A program made the position numbers and the translations under genes. The notes below the pieces were generated by a model. That model searched no databases, was not told where the DNA came from, and saw only the letters and a program-made list of their open reading frames with translations. Source: Eledone cirrhosa (Eukaryota). From it: a DNA stretch of 64,000 nucleotides. Position 1 is the first letter of the stretch. Every line of letters starts with the position of its first letter. The stretch is taken from contig OZ024743.1 of NCBI GenBank assembly GCA_964016885.1, forward strand, positions 268,460,001 to 268,524,000. Reading direction: 5' to 3'. This document shows positions 38,501 through 51,512 of this stretch, piece by piece.

Positions 38501-38898
38501 CAGAGGCGGTGATGGAGAACAATCAGGTGAAGGTGCTGTGGGATTTTAGGATACAGACGGACAAAAAACTGGAACACAATAGACCTGACCTGGTGGTTGT
38601 GGACAAAGAAAAAAGATCGTGCCTGATTGTGGATGTGGCCTGCCCGTTCGACACGAGAGTGCAAGAGAAGGAGAGGGAGAAAATTAACCGATACCAGGAC
38701 CTAAAGTGGGAGGTGAAAAGGATTTGGAACTGCCATGAAGTCAAAGTGATCCCGATTGTCATAGGCGCACTGGGGACTATCTCCAAAGGTTTCCAGGGAT
38801 GGTTAAAGAAAATCGGCCCCTTCACGCTTTTTGGAACGCTTCAAAAGGCATGCTTGCTTGGAACGGCAAGAACCCTCCGATACGTCCTGAATATCTGA
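35506..38898 (+). CDS. R4/Dong-clade non-LTR retrotransposon protein (RT + CCHC + restriction-like endonuclease), uninterrupted 1130 aa
   Basis: N-terminal W.KE.N..VM.CY..S.P..RGYRRRM..IW; WKSPGPDG, YRPITCL, EQKG, WIDYRKAFD, GIFQGDSLSPLLF, HLLFMDD, YKYLG, RLYL.R.EGGRGL, CRIC....ETVAHIVSEC, RHD, RPDLVV.....C.IVDVACP..K..RY; short 3'UTR then (TAA)n from ~38973. Confidence 0.95.
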   Translation: METRTSCDRLSPNRCPLAQQQEPDCQRNTADVGGRRRRKGARTNWTKELNRTVMQCYLKSNPKERGYRRRMHNIWNEIGLFKLDEQKLAGQARVIRTNGWISELELEELSRENGLEMAGVVCQTSEPAGNEGEEVLRAKEPPEADNDLNTEINNTWNRDTATEEMNADGLGQDSVDILNLVVDELNNDSGRPMNLRFVDRKKLKETTAKVNKVIPYLEARSLHQCNNILKATANTVRKLLGIKARGNNRQERAEPWWKKRLSGQIGEMRNDIGKLESLLNGTLKNIGTKNRLEIKYKTRSKKLNIIIEELKQRIVAKSAKIRRYENRVSQYKQNRMFDNNQKMLFGQLEGKERGTDLTPGAEQAKTFWRGIWEQDVRHNAQAGWIETVQREIGEQAQQQTDLSITVETLKGQAKKLTNWKSPGPDGVQGYWIKHLTSLHPKLTAMFNDCLVSGEVPEWLTKGTTVLIMKDQIKGNDVTNYRPITCLPVMWKLLTSIVSEEIYHHLHTNNLLPDEQKGCRKKSRGTKDQLLIDKMVMGNCRRRHTDLAMGWIDYRKAFDMVPHSWITKSLEIFRVADNIRQLLGRSMGSWETELTSTGVSLGSVKIKRGIFQGDSLSPLLFVLALMPLTIMLRKVRAGYRLGRGELTINHLLFMDDLKLFGKSEKELDVLVDTVRIFSSDICMQFGIGKCGVIVMRRGRLSRSNGIQIPTGEMIKEIDSEEGYKYLGVLEADGIKNKKMKELLRTEYIRRVRSVLKSHLNSRNAISAVNSRAVSIIRYSAGILRWNVAEQKEMDRKTRKLLTIYNMFHKRSDVDRLYLRRSEGGRGLISIEDCVQMEKNNLYKYVTYSKEPMLRAVLKEGTVGQGIPKEEITSRRKSSLKGKSLHSTFFEKTEFRDPQTWNWLRRGDLKKATEGMLMAAQEQALKTKWLKHHIYKEEASPLCRICGEREETVAHIVSECKHLAQTHYKGWRHDVMGRVIHWHLCKVNNLPHSEKWYEHRPEAVMENNQVKVLWDFRIQTDKKLEHNRPDLVVVDKEKRSCLIVDVACPFDTRVQEKEREKINRYQDLKWEVKRIWNCHEVKVIPIVIGALGTISKGFQGWLKKIGPFTLFGTLQKACLLGTARTLRYVLNI

Positions 38899-38984
38899 GG
38901 CTGCAGGTAGTGGCTTGATATTCAATCCAACGGACTTTCCAGTTAACCAACATCAATGACTGAGATTCAAGGAATAACAATAAC

Positions 38985-39015
<31 letters not shown>

Positions 39016-39047
39016 AATAATAATAATAAAGCAAGATAAATGCAACT

Positions 39048-39084
<37 letters not shown>

Positions 39085-40836
39085 TGGAAATAATAATAAC
39101 AATAATAATACTAATTTTTCACATAATCAAATTGATTAGGAAAAAATAATTCCTGCGAGACAATAAAACGGAATAATGTATACGACATACTTAAAACGAA
39201 TAATTTTAAAAATAAATACAAAAATACACAAAAACACACAACATTTCAACAAGGATTTTGTTGTTGGTTTTATTTCTCCTTAATAAGTTTGTCTTGGTAA
39301 TTTTTTCACTTGTTATTTCTTTTAAATATGTATGTATGTGTGTGTGTGTGTGTGTTTTCTTGTCATGATAGGTTGTTTCCTATTTTTTTCTTATTTTTTT
39401 TTAACCAATATTTCAAGTATTTTTCTTAAGATACAAATTCCGAAATTATTGGTCAACGCTGGGCTTGAAATTATTAATTATCTTTCTGCCTCCATAAATT
39501 TCAGATAATTATAGAATAAAAAATTATAATTTTTCTCATAATTTTCTTTTTCTTTACTCTTTATATTTTTACTTATTTATTTTTGTTTTGTTTTATTTTT
39601 CTGTTACGAAGCATTTATTAAAGACAAATAAATCCTTTGGGGAATCAAAAGAAAATTTTAATGACAATTGCTGCAAATTTGTTGAAAAAAAATACATGAA
39701 GAAATAAAGGGAGCAGTTAACCAATTCATCGTGGTTTATGGCAACGTCTGTTTGTTGCCTCGTTGTTGATTATCCTCCATGTTTTTCTTTTGCGTTTGTA
39801 TTGCTTTGTTTTCCCTAAACAGTTTAGTTTTCTTAAAGTGACCAATTTTTTTAACATCATATTCTATCAAGCATTCAAACTGTCAATTGACGTCTTTGAA
39901 TAGTCACTTATCATAGCCTGTCTATTTCATTCTTTGTTCATATTACATTTCTTATTTGGACCATACATAGAAGTCAATTTATCTTCATTGTATGGTGACA
40001 AAAATTAGAAGGAGAGAGAGAAAGAGAGGGTTGTGTCAAAAAATAAATTAGAAAAATGTATCCCGCAGACAAATAAAATACATATTTCAGTATTTTTATG
40101 TATTCTAACACTAAATTCCTAAATTTTCGTCCGTAATATTAGAGAATTTAATACAATTATTATTTCAGTATCTTATATGTTCGACTGTCACAGATTAGCC
40201 TACAAACTATACTATTGATACGTTGGTTCCAACTGTTCGTCAAACTCATTAGTAACAAACATATTTAGTCAATTATTTTTTTTTTATTTCAAAAACTTTT
40301 GAAAATAGTATAGATGACAGGGGGCTCGTAATACATGGTCCGGTGTTGCCTACTTGAGTTGGAATCTAACCTCTCTACAATGAAATCCCCAGCATAGTCA
40401 GTTATTGTTCTCTGATGTTCAGTCAAAAACATTTTCCATTCAATCGATAATGATAAAAACTTCGTTGCAAAGTTTAGTATTGAGTAACTAAACACTCATT
40501 AACAATTAGAGTCAATCCCATCTATTCAGCTCATCTAACGTTACAACTAAGGGATCTGCCATTATGAACGTGCTAGCTGCAGAAGCCGCCTGGTTGAGAT
40601 GCCCACGAAGCAAGCATTTCTCAATCCTTTCGGTCATATAGTCGCTTGGCGGAACAAATCCCTTTCTGATATTTCCTCACTAGAAATTCAGACTATTTCT
40701 ATTTCCGCTTCTCACAGGTTTGTCCTGCATAGATTGACTTAAAAATGAATTAGGTGAACCTCAAACGCATGAAATTCACCAGTCATGTAGCAAGTGAAAA
40801 TTTCAATAAAGAACAGTATCTTTCTTTCTATATATA

Positions 40837-41060
40837 TCTGTATATATATAAAGCTGAAGTTTTCTGTGTGTGTGTGTGGACAATTTTTAATGAGGGCTCA
40901 TATATTCTAAACCATTCCAGCGATTTCTTTGAAATTTTTTGCAGAACTTCTCCTTGCACAAAACCTGTACATGATCTACAAAGGCTTTCAAAAATCGCTA
41001 TTGGCGCCTTTGGAGACATTACAAAATGTCAGTTATTTGCGTCAATTTTCGTGATTAAGT
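40837..41060 (+). mobile_element. Probable Helitron 5' fragment
   Basis: A|TCTGTATATATATAAAGCTGAAG..(GT)n..CGATTTCTTTGAAATTTT, same layout as the starts at 9006 and 45088; no 3' hairpin/CTAG located. Confidence 0.4.
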
Positions 41061-41426
41061 AAGACAAGAGTTATCTTTCTTCAATACAATAGGAACTCAT
41101 ATTTGATGTTGTCAAAAGTTTTGTTTTGGGATTTTGATTATTACAATTCGGCTCATTCGGATTTTACTTTAGTCTTTGTACTTGAAACAAAAGGTTTTAC
41201 TGATGTCAAAAAAATGTATACCTAGACTAGATTTCTGTTGCTACATTGGATAACGGATGACACCGAGCTCACATATTAATTATTTCGCTGGAATAGTGCC
41301 TAAGGTTTTCATGTTTACATAAAGTACGTTTTTCTTCTATGTATTCGAATTTACATTGTTTAGTTTAATGAGCTACATCGAAAGCTACTTGAACCGTCCA
41401 AAGGACGGATACTTTAGCCAGTATAC

Positions 41427-41510
<84 letters not shown>

Positions 41511-42068
41511 AAGCACACAGTCTGACTGTATTTTATATTTAGCGCTATATCTGTTATTCACAGATCTAATATTTTAAAGACATCTAGTGCAATTTTCTCT
41601 TTTCTTATAATTATAATATCTAGTAGAAAATTTCGTTCATGGCAGCGGAGATTTCACTTTTATTATTAAGGGATACACTTGAGAATTTACAACATTTTAT
41701 GCGTACGTATTCGCAGGTGTGCATATATATATATATAAAGCTACACATAAACATATGAGTGTGTGTGGGCGCAAATTAAGGAGCGTATGTTCATATGTAT
41801 TCATATATCTGAGACAACACGTAAAGCAGTAGCTATGTTGGTAGTATTAACGAATAAATGTTGATATATAATTTATAACCACAGACCTTCCAATGTTGTA
41901 CATGTAAACACACAGAAACACACACAGAGAAACACATACACACACACACATATAAATATATAAACACATACACCCACACAAATATATATTATATATATAT
42001 ATTTATTAAAATAACATTTATTATTAAAATTACTATTATTATTATTACTATTATATATATATACATAT

Positions 42069-42099
<31 letters not shown>

Positions 42100-42544
42100 T
42101 TCACACATGCGTATTTCGGCGTGAATAAGTATACTGTTGTGTATGGTGTGCTTCTGTGTATGTGTGTTTAACATCCGGGACGTTTGTCGTAAGCCAAGTT
42201 GTCTATCGATCATCCAGTGATAGGTAGCAAGATGGCGGTGTTTACTGAACTGGTCTTGGAAAATAGACTGACAACTGCTTATTAGCTATTCCAATTAAGA
42301 CACCTCAGTAGAGACAGGCCATAGTTAAAGATTTACTTCATTACCACATTACCCAGATACAACATACGCACATACTTAACTTCATAATTACATATATACG
42401 TACATGCACACGCATAGATACTTACATCAATAAGCATACATTCATACATACACACACATATATATATATACAATATACATAAGCACATTTATCCGTACAC
42501 ACACTAAGAAATACACACTCACACCCACACACACATATATATAT

Positions 42545-42635
<91 letters not shown>

Positions 42636-42952
42636 TATGCATATATATATATATGTTTATGTATACTTAGATATTTACTTACGTACATATTGAAATACAT
42701 ACATTCGTACGTACACTTGCATACATAATGCTTAGGTGCATACATAGATTCATGCATACATACTTTCTTATTTAGGTAGATACATCCATATGCACTTGCG
42801 TAGTATATTTTGAAATTTACATACAAACATCAGTACATACACACATACGTATATATATATATATATATTTACTGTATATGTATGTATGATTGTTTGCATG
42901 TATGTATGTTTGTATGTATGTATGTTTGTATATATGTATGTATATATGTATG

Positions 42953-43650
42953 TCAGGTCACCAGTTGGTGCTACTGGTAACATGTATTCCAGTACAACTT
43001 GTCCCATGGTCGGGTCGTTGACGACTAAACTGGCAACCCCACCAAGGTTTCTTGGTGAGGAGGGTGACTTTGGACATCCTGCAGGGCTAAAAACAAAACC
43101 TGTCAACAGGGCAAAGAAGCTCTTAAGAGTCTATGGTCATCCAAAATCACCGGGAGAGATGACCCCTTAGCCTTTGTCAAGGTAGAATTCTAGGAGAAGG
43201 AAAACTCTGATATAACACCTACAACCCTGATAGTATCCAATGATGTTGACTTGTTCTTCTTTTTGGTATATATCATCTTGGTTAAGAGAGTGGGACTGGC
43301 TTTGTGCAGTGCCTTTTCTCACTATAAAATCTTCACGGAACAGGCATTGCTTTATATCTGGAGATCTCTCTGCACTTGTCGTCACAAGGTACCATGGGCC
43401 CAGCACTATGTGTCAATAATTGTCACAAGCGTAGTGTTTGTACTAGAGTTTTCAAGTCGCTGGCTGGACTAAAAAGTCACACTCGTTCAGCGCATCGGTA
43501 GGGGTTCTCCTACATGGATATAAAGTAGTGGCCGTACTCGAAAACGAGTTGGCAGCCACCATATATGTATGTATGTATGTATGTATGAATGTATGTATGT
43601 ATGTATGTATGTATGTATGTATGTATGTATGTATGTATGTATGTATGTAT
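42953..43650 (+). mobile_element. Internally deleted (bipartite) non-autonomous RTE derivative
   Basis: Structured leader and GGAGAAGGAAAACTCTGA, then SVCTRVFKSLAGLKSHTRSAHR* (matches RTE C-terminus RLCARHFRSLAGLKSHIRSQRY*) and terminal GGCCGTACTCGAAAACGAG..GCAGCCACCAT(GTAT)n. Confidence 0.8.
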
Positions 43651-43656
43651 GCATAT

Positions 43657-43853
43657 CGGGTCACTCTTGTGTGCTATTGGTAATATGTAACCCAGTACAA
43701 CCTGTCGCATCGTCGGGTCATCGGTGAGTAAACCGGCAACCCCACCACGTTTACTTGGTGAGGAGGGTGATTTGATTTTGGACACCCTGCAGGACAAAAA
43801 ACAAAACCTGACAAAGGGCGGAAGAACTGATAAGAGTCAACGGCCATCCAAAA
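43657..43853 (+). mobile_element. Second copy of the RTE-type leader
   Basis: Homologous to 42955-43146 (GGCAACCCCACCA..TTGGTGAGGAGGGTGA..GGACA.CCTGCAGG..CATCCAAAA). Confidence 0.75.
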
Positions 43854-43928
43854 GTGTGTAAATATGTATATACACATCTACATATGTATGTATATGGGCA
43901 TATACATGGGTGCATGTGTATGTATATG

Positions 43929-44300
43929 CGCGGGGACAAGGAAATAGTCGGGCTGGACACCCGATCGCCCTGTTAAACCACTGGGAGTGAAGGACCCTTA
44001 ACCTTTGTCAGGGCATTCTTCTAGGAGAAGGCAGTTCAGCAAACTGGGATAACTCCGATATAAAACCTGCGACTCAGTAGCTACCGATGATGTTGATCTT
44101 TTCTTCTTTTCGGGTTATAGCTACTGTCGCTCAGAGAGTGGGATTGGCTCAGTGCACAGTCTTTCTTCACTTTAAAAAAATATCTTCACGCACAGGCATT
44201 GCACGATAGAATTAATTAATACTTATTAATAATGGTATATCGTGAAATGGCCAAACTCGATAACGAGGTGGCAGCCATCATGTATGCATGTATGCATGAA
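43929..44300 (+). mobile_element. RTE-related non-coding repeat followed by an RTE 3' terminus
   Basis: 43929-44210 matches 25240-25512; 44249-44282 GGCCAAACTCGATAACGAGGTGGCAGCCATCAT followed by a (GTAT)-like tail. Confidence 0.7.
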
Positions 44301-44811
44301 TGTATATTTGTGTGTATGTATTATTGTTTGTATGTATATATGTATGTATGTATGCATGTATGTATGTTTATTTGTATGTATATATGTTTGTTAGTTTGTA
44401 TGTATGGATGTATGCAAGTTTCTATGTATTGATGTGGGATTGTATGTATGTTTATATGTATGTAAACATATATTATTTAGAAGACACATCTGTGTTATCA
44501 GGGTTTTTTTTAATCATTTCCTTAATTTAAATTCGGAACAATAGTGTTCGTACGTTCATTATTATTTTAAGATCGTTTCTATCGCATCTTTTGCATGCGA
44601 CTGTATTATTACGTCAATATGATGTATTTAAGGCTGCGAGGATTATGGAGTAGATGCTATAACATAAAATCGTCATCATGAGATTTAATATTATTCAATA
44701 TTATTTAATGGTTAGCTGCCAATCATTATTTTTTTCAATTATTTTATTTGTTTGTGTACGTTAATATATTTACGAATATTATTGTTGTAAACTGAATCTA
44801 AAGGATTAATA

Positions 44812-45010
44812 AGTGTTTCTACATTTGGCACAAGGTCAGCAATTTAAAGTCGATGAAATCAATGCTAGTGTGTTACTAGTGCTTTATCGTGTCGAATCCG
44901 TGCAAATGAAAGGAAAGCTAATCTCAACGGGATTTAAACGCCGAACGTAAAGCCCGAAAATATTTGTCGCAAAGTTCGTTGTCCGACAGTCTTCCAATCC
45001 ACCGCCCTAT
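44812..45010 (-). mobile_element. tRNA-derived SINE (Meta-domain-like family), diverged
   Basis: Reverse complement begins AGGGCGGTGGATTGG and ends ACCTTGTGCCAAATGTAGAAAC. Confidence 0.7.
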
Positions 45011-45087
45011 ACAGAATTAATAATGAAATACGAAAAGAAAAATTAACAAAAACAAATTTACGCAAAATATTCTGAAACGTACACTAT

Positions 45088-45948
45088 TCTATATATCTAA
45101 AACAGAGAATGTCTGTCTGTCTGTCCCCCTAAAACTCGAGAACCACGCAACCGAATTTTTTCAAACTTTACACATGTAATACTTATGGTCGTATGAGTGT
45201 TTTGAGCAAAACATATTTCAAATTTTCAATGCCTTGGAGACCGCATTAGGCGAAAAACCGCATATTTTATGCTTTAAAGGCTTTTTTTAAGCATGACAGA
45301 ACAATAAGGCAAGGCGATTTCTTCAAAATTTGCATTACTTATGTCGTTTGAAGTAGTTTGAGCAAAAAAGATTTTCTCAATTTTTGCCCCAGGGACCGCA
45401 TTAGGCGAAAAACCGATTTTTTAAAGTATTTTGGTTGCATTAGGGCCTGTAACTCTAGAAGTACCCAACCGATTTTTTAAAAACTTTGCATATGCATTAC
45501 TTATGTTTCACAAATTTTCTTGACTGAAAAAGATTTCAAATTTTAGCCTGGGTACCGCATTGTTTAGATTTTGGTTGCGTTAGGCCTGTAACCTTAAAAG
45601 TATCCAACTAAATTCCTTCATGATCTCCACCACTGCAGTCCCACATGCTTACAGCTCTGTAACTATTGCTCTCATTATACCAAAGCACAACAAATACATG
45701 TTCGGTTTGTCGAATGCCTTTGTACTTAACCCGGTCGTCTTGTCTTTCGTGGGTTGAACATTTTACTCTCAGGCACACAATTAAGTTAAACCCCTAGTAA
45801 TCTACGACGAATTTTTTTTATAAGCACAAAATGTAGACACCATCCCCAGTCTAATGTATTCCGTACTTCTCTGTACTGTTTCAGAAAGGAGGGATGAACA
45901 TGACAATCTATGTTTAGAATCCCGAGCAACGCCGGGCCATTCTGCTAG
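45088..45948 (+). mobile_element. Non-autonomous Helitron with three internal subrepeats
   Basis: TCTATATATCTAAAAC start; CCCGAGCAACGCCGGG hairpin (45921-45936) then CTAG|T; subrepeat ..ACTTATG..GAGCAAAA..GACCGCATT x3. Confidence 0.8.
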
Positions 45949-46070
45949 TATATACTAAATATGTATTTCATATGTAATCACCAACTGATTAACAGAAAAA
46001 CAGTGAAAGTGAAAACATCCTTCACTGTCAAACACAAACAGGTACCATTATTATCAATAGTTCGGCTCAA

Positions 46071-46259
46071 TAGGGCGGTGGATTAGCAGTATCGGTAGAG
46101 TGTTGGACGCCAGGCTTTGCAACATAGAGTTATGGCCCTTTATGGCCTGAGTTCAAATCCCGCCGAGGTTAATTTTGCCTTTCATCCATGCGGAGTCGAT
46201 AAAATAAAGTACCAGTAATGTACTGTATAATTGCTCGCCTTGTGCCAAAAGTAGAAACA
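46071..46259 (+). mobile_element. tRNA-derived SINE (Meta-domain-like family), full length
   Basis: A box TAGCAGTATCGG, B box GAGTTCAAATCCC, core GCCTTTCATCC..GGAGTCGATAAAATAAAGTACCAG. Confidence 0.85.
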
Positions 46260-46559
46260 ATCATTATCAACAGTTGAAAAATACTAGCATAGTGGAATGT
46301 ATAGACATAACTTTTTTATGAATATTGATAGTTGGTTTTATTTTTACCCGCTTCAATTTATTTATTCCTATTTTGCCTCGATATTTTACAAATTTTTTTA
46401 CTGACCATTATACGGCTACTTTTACAACTATTTTATGATTCGGCTGCTTATTACTTTTTATTTAATGATACATTAGGTTTAGAGAAAGAATGATGTACTC
46501 ATGCGCAGAGGTGCTATAAAATAGCTCGTTACAAACCATTGTTGCCTACTCGCATGTAC

Positions 46560-46667
46560 GTTACTCGAGACAGCATTTGTGAATCGAGACGTCTTATGTT
46601 CGGAAAAATTGTTCGTGAACTGAATTGTTCGTGATGAGAGGCGTTCCTGAACCGAAGTTCCACTGTA
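46560..46667. mobile_element. Tc1/mariner (Tigger/pogo-like) terminal fragment
   Basis: Ends ..GAACCGAAGTTCCACTG|TA (TIR CAGTGGAAC.TCGGTT + TA) with subterminal TTCGTGA repeats; partner TIR not found. Confidence 0.45.
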
Positions 46668-47173
46668 TTTTTGTTAGAAATGAATACATTAAATAGTTCT
46701 CAACTCATAGGAAACCATGTATATGATTTAGTTTGAATTCTTGTTACATGGACCTATTTCACAATACACGCAAAACCAACGCCACGGGTAAAGGCACGAA
46801 CTTTTCCCTTCTCATGTTGCTTAATATTCAAAAGAAACACGGTAGAATGACACGTGTGTAAGCTATTTTGGGGCTGTATCTTGTCATTTGTTCTACATGA
46901 AACAAAGATGCCTCGCTCTCCTTAATTAGACAAACCAACCGAATATTTTCGACGGGAAGTATAGTTCATCAATATAGGTATGATATAACTATCATGTGTC
47001 TTCCTCGCTTGCCGCTTATCTCTTGTTTCAAGCTGATCATACTGCCGCATTGTCAGGTTTAAATTGAGAAGGTGAAATGAGGAAATTCTCACGCACTACA
47101 TATCACCGGAACAAATATATGTGCGTGTACGAGCATGAGTGTGTTACACTACATCCCCATACATAGACACACG

Positions 47174-49495
<2,322 letters not shown>

Positions 49496-49602
49496 GCAAT
49501 GATCAGCAATGATCAGCGAGAGCAAGGTTGAGTTCCTGATTATTACTAGAAATTCTATAAGAATCAAACATTCATGATTTTCAGCACACAGGTGGAGTAC
49601 AT

Positions 49603-49647
49603 GGCTTTCATAAGTACCAATCAGTACGAAACATAGCTCTGTCAGCT
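49603..49647 (+). ncRNA. Degenerate U3-A8 hammerhead (G5 replaced by C)
   Basis: GGCT-TTCATAA-GTAC caatca GTAC-GAA-ACA tagctc TGT-C-AGCT; all three stems form, one core substitution. Confidence 0.55.
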
Positions 49648-49762
49648 TTATCCCCCCTGTTTGCTGAAAATTTAAAGTAAGTGAGACTGTCACTACTCTA
49701 AAACAATAGCGCAAGGTCTTCGAAATGTTTTTAATTAAGATGGAGTGTATTGCAAAATACAC

Positions 49763-49881
49763 TATGTCTATACGTAAATGTGGGGTATAGATGCTATCTC
49801 GTATTAGAACTGGTCTATGTGTGTATGTGTGTGTGTGAGAGAGAATAAGTGGAGGTGTAAGCGTGTGTGGGGGGGGGGGGG

Positions 49882-49916
<35 letters not shown>

Positions 49917-51035
49917 TGTGCGTGTGTGTGTGTGAGGGGAGTGTAAGTATGGGGCTAGATGCTCTATCAAGTTATGAATTACGGGTGGCTGTTGTTGTTT
50001 CGACGAAACAACAACAGCCACTCGCAGAGCTATCAGACGTGAGGGACTAGATATCCAATTAGCCCACTCAGGACCTTCTATACGCGGACAGCTAACCAAA
50101 AGACACTCCACCAGACATGATAACCGCTGCAGGCTAGCCAACTGCCCCATCAACGACGCAGACCTATGCCACCAGGCTTACGTCGTATACAGACTAGAGT
50201 GCGACAAATGCAGCGACTTCTACGTAGGTAGCACCACCAGACCACTCCACATAAGAATAAAAGAACACCTCAATACTAACACTTCCTCATTTAAGAAACA
50301 CCTAGTGAAATGCAAAAACACCGACAAAACCATAACAGTTAGGATAGAAACTAAGGAAAGAAACCTCGGCAATCTTAGAATTAAGGAAGCACTAATTATA
50401 GACAAAACTCAACCACCAATCAATAATAGACTAGAACTCAACACCCAATTCATAACTTGATAGAGCATCTAGCCCCATACTTACACGCCCCTCCCACACA
50501 CTCACACACGCACACACACACGCACATACACACACACACACGCTTACACCTCCACTTATTCTCTCTAACACACACACATAGACCAGTTCTAACACGAGAG
50601 AGCATCTATCCCCCACATTTACGTATAGACATATATTCTCACACTCACACACACATACTTACACCTTCACTCATTTTCCCACACACTTAAACATACATGT
50701 ACAAAACCCCTTTTAAAGGGAAACTACTCTTTATCCACCTAACCTTAACTCTTTGACATTAGAGATAGAACAGATACTCTATACCATTTCCTGTCAGCAT
50801 GACTTGGCAAGCTATTTAGAACACTGGTTTATCCGCTTTACTTCCCTCTGAAGAAGAGATATTATCTCAAAGATTAAGGACATTTAAATAAATTTAAGGT
50901 AAAAGACTAATTGTCAACAATATCTTTTGCATTTGCATTTTATTCTATGTCCATACCTGCTTTGTTTTGGCTTTACAAATACAAACGTTTATACCTCATT
51001 ACACAATGCTTCAAGTGAACGATAAATTCCTCCTA
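49763..51035 (+). mobile_element. Penelope-like element family E: GIY-YIG 3' fragment with inverted 5' arm (no ATG, absent from ORF track)
   Basis: 50004-50460 translates [63 protein letters not shown]...P.IN; 49763-49980 is the reverse complement of 50447-50633. Confidence 0.85.
50845..50879 (+). ncRNA. Degenerate minimal hammerhead in family E 3' region
   Basis: CCT-CTGAAGA-A GAGAT att ATCTC-AAAGATTA-AGG; the G of GAAA is missing. Confidence 0.5.
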
Positions 51036-51037
51036 TA

Positions 51038-51088
<51 letters not shown>

Positions 51089-51092
<4 letters not shown>

Positions 51093-51305
51093 ATAATAAT
51101 AAATTTGAAGACTAAAATCCAAAGAGGGCTCGATAAGGATAAATGTATATCAAATATATAAGAACCGTAGAGCAAATATCTATTAAAATAACAGATTAAA
51201 GTTTAAGCCAAGAATCGCTGCTTTCACCCTTAACGGGATCTTCTGAAACTAACAAAGGGTGAAAGCAGCGATTCTTTGCTTAAACTTTAATCTGTTATTT
51301 TAATA
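51089..51305 (-). mobile_element. Mini palindromic element in (TA)n (family C)
   Basis: 51-bp arms 51181-51231 / 51255-51305 (one mismatch) plus one-sided extension 51089-51180. Confidence 0.8.
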
Positions 51306-51311
51306 AGTATA

Positions 51312-51433
<122 letters not shown>

Positions 51434-51480
51434 TATATATATATATATACACTTATATATCTTACATTAATATGCATATA

Positions 51481-51512
<32 letters not shown>

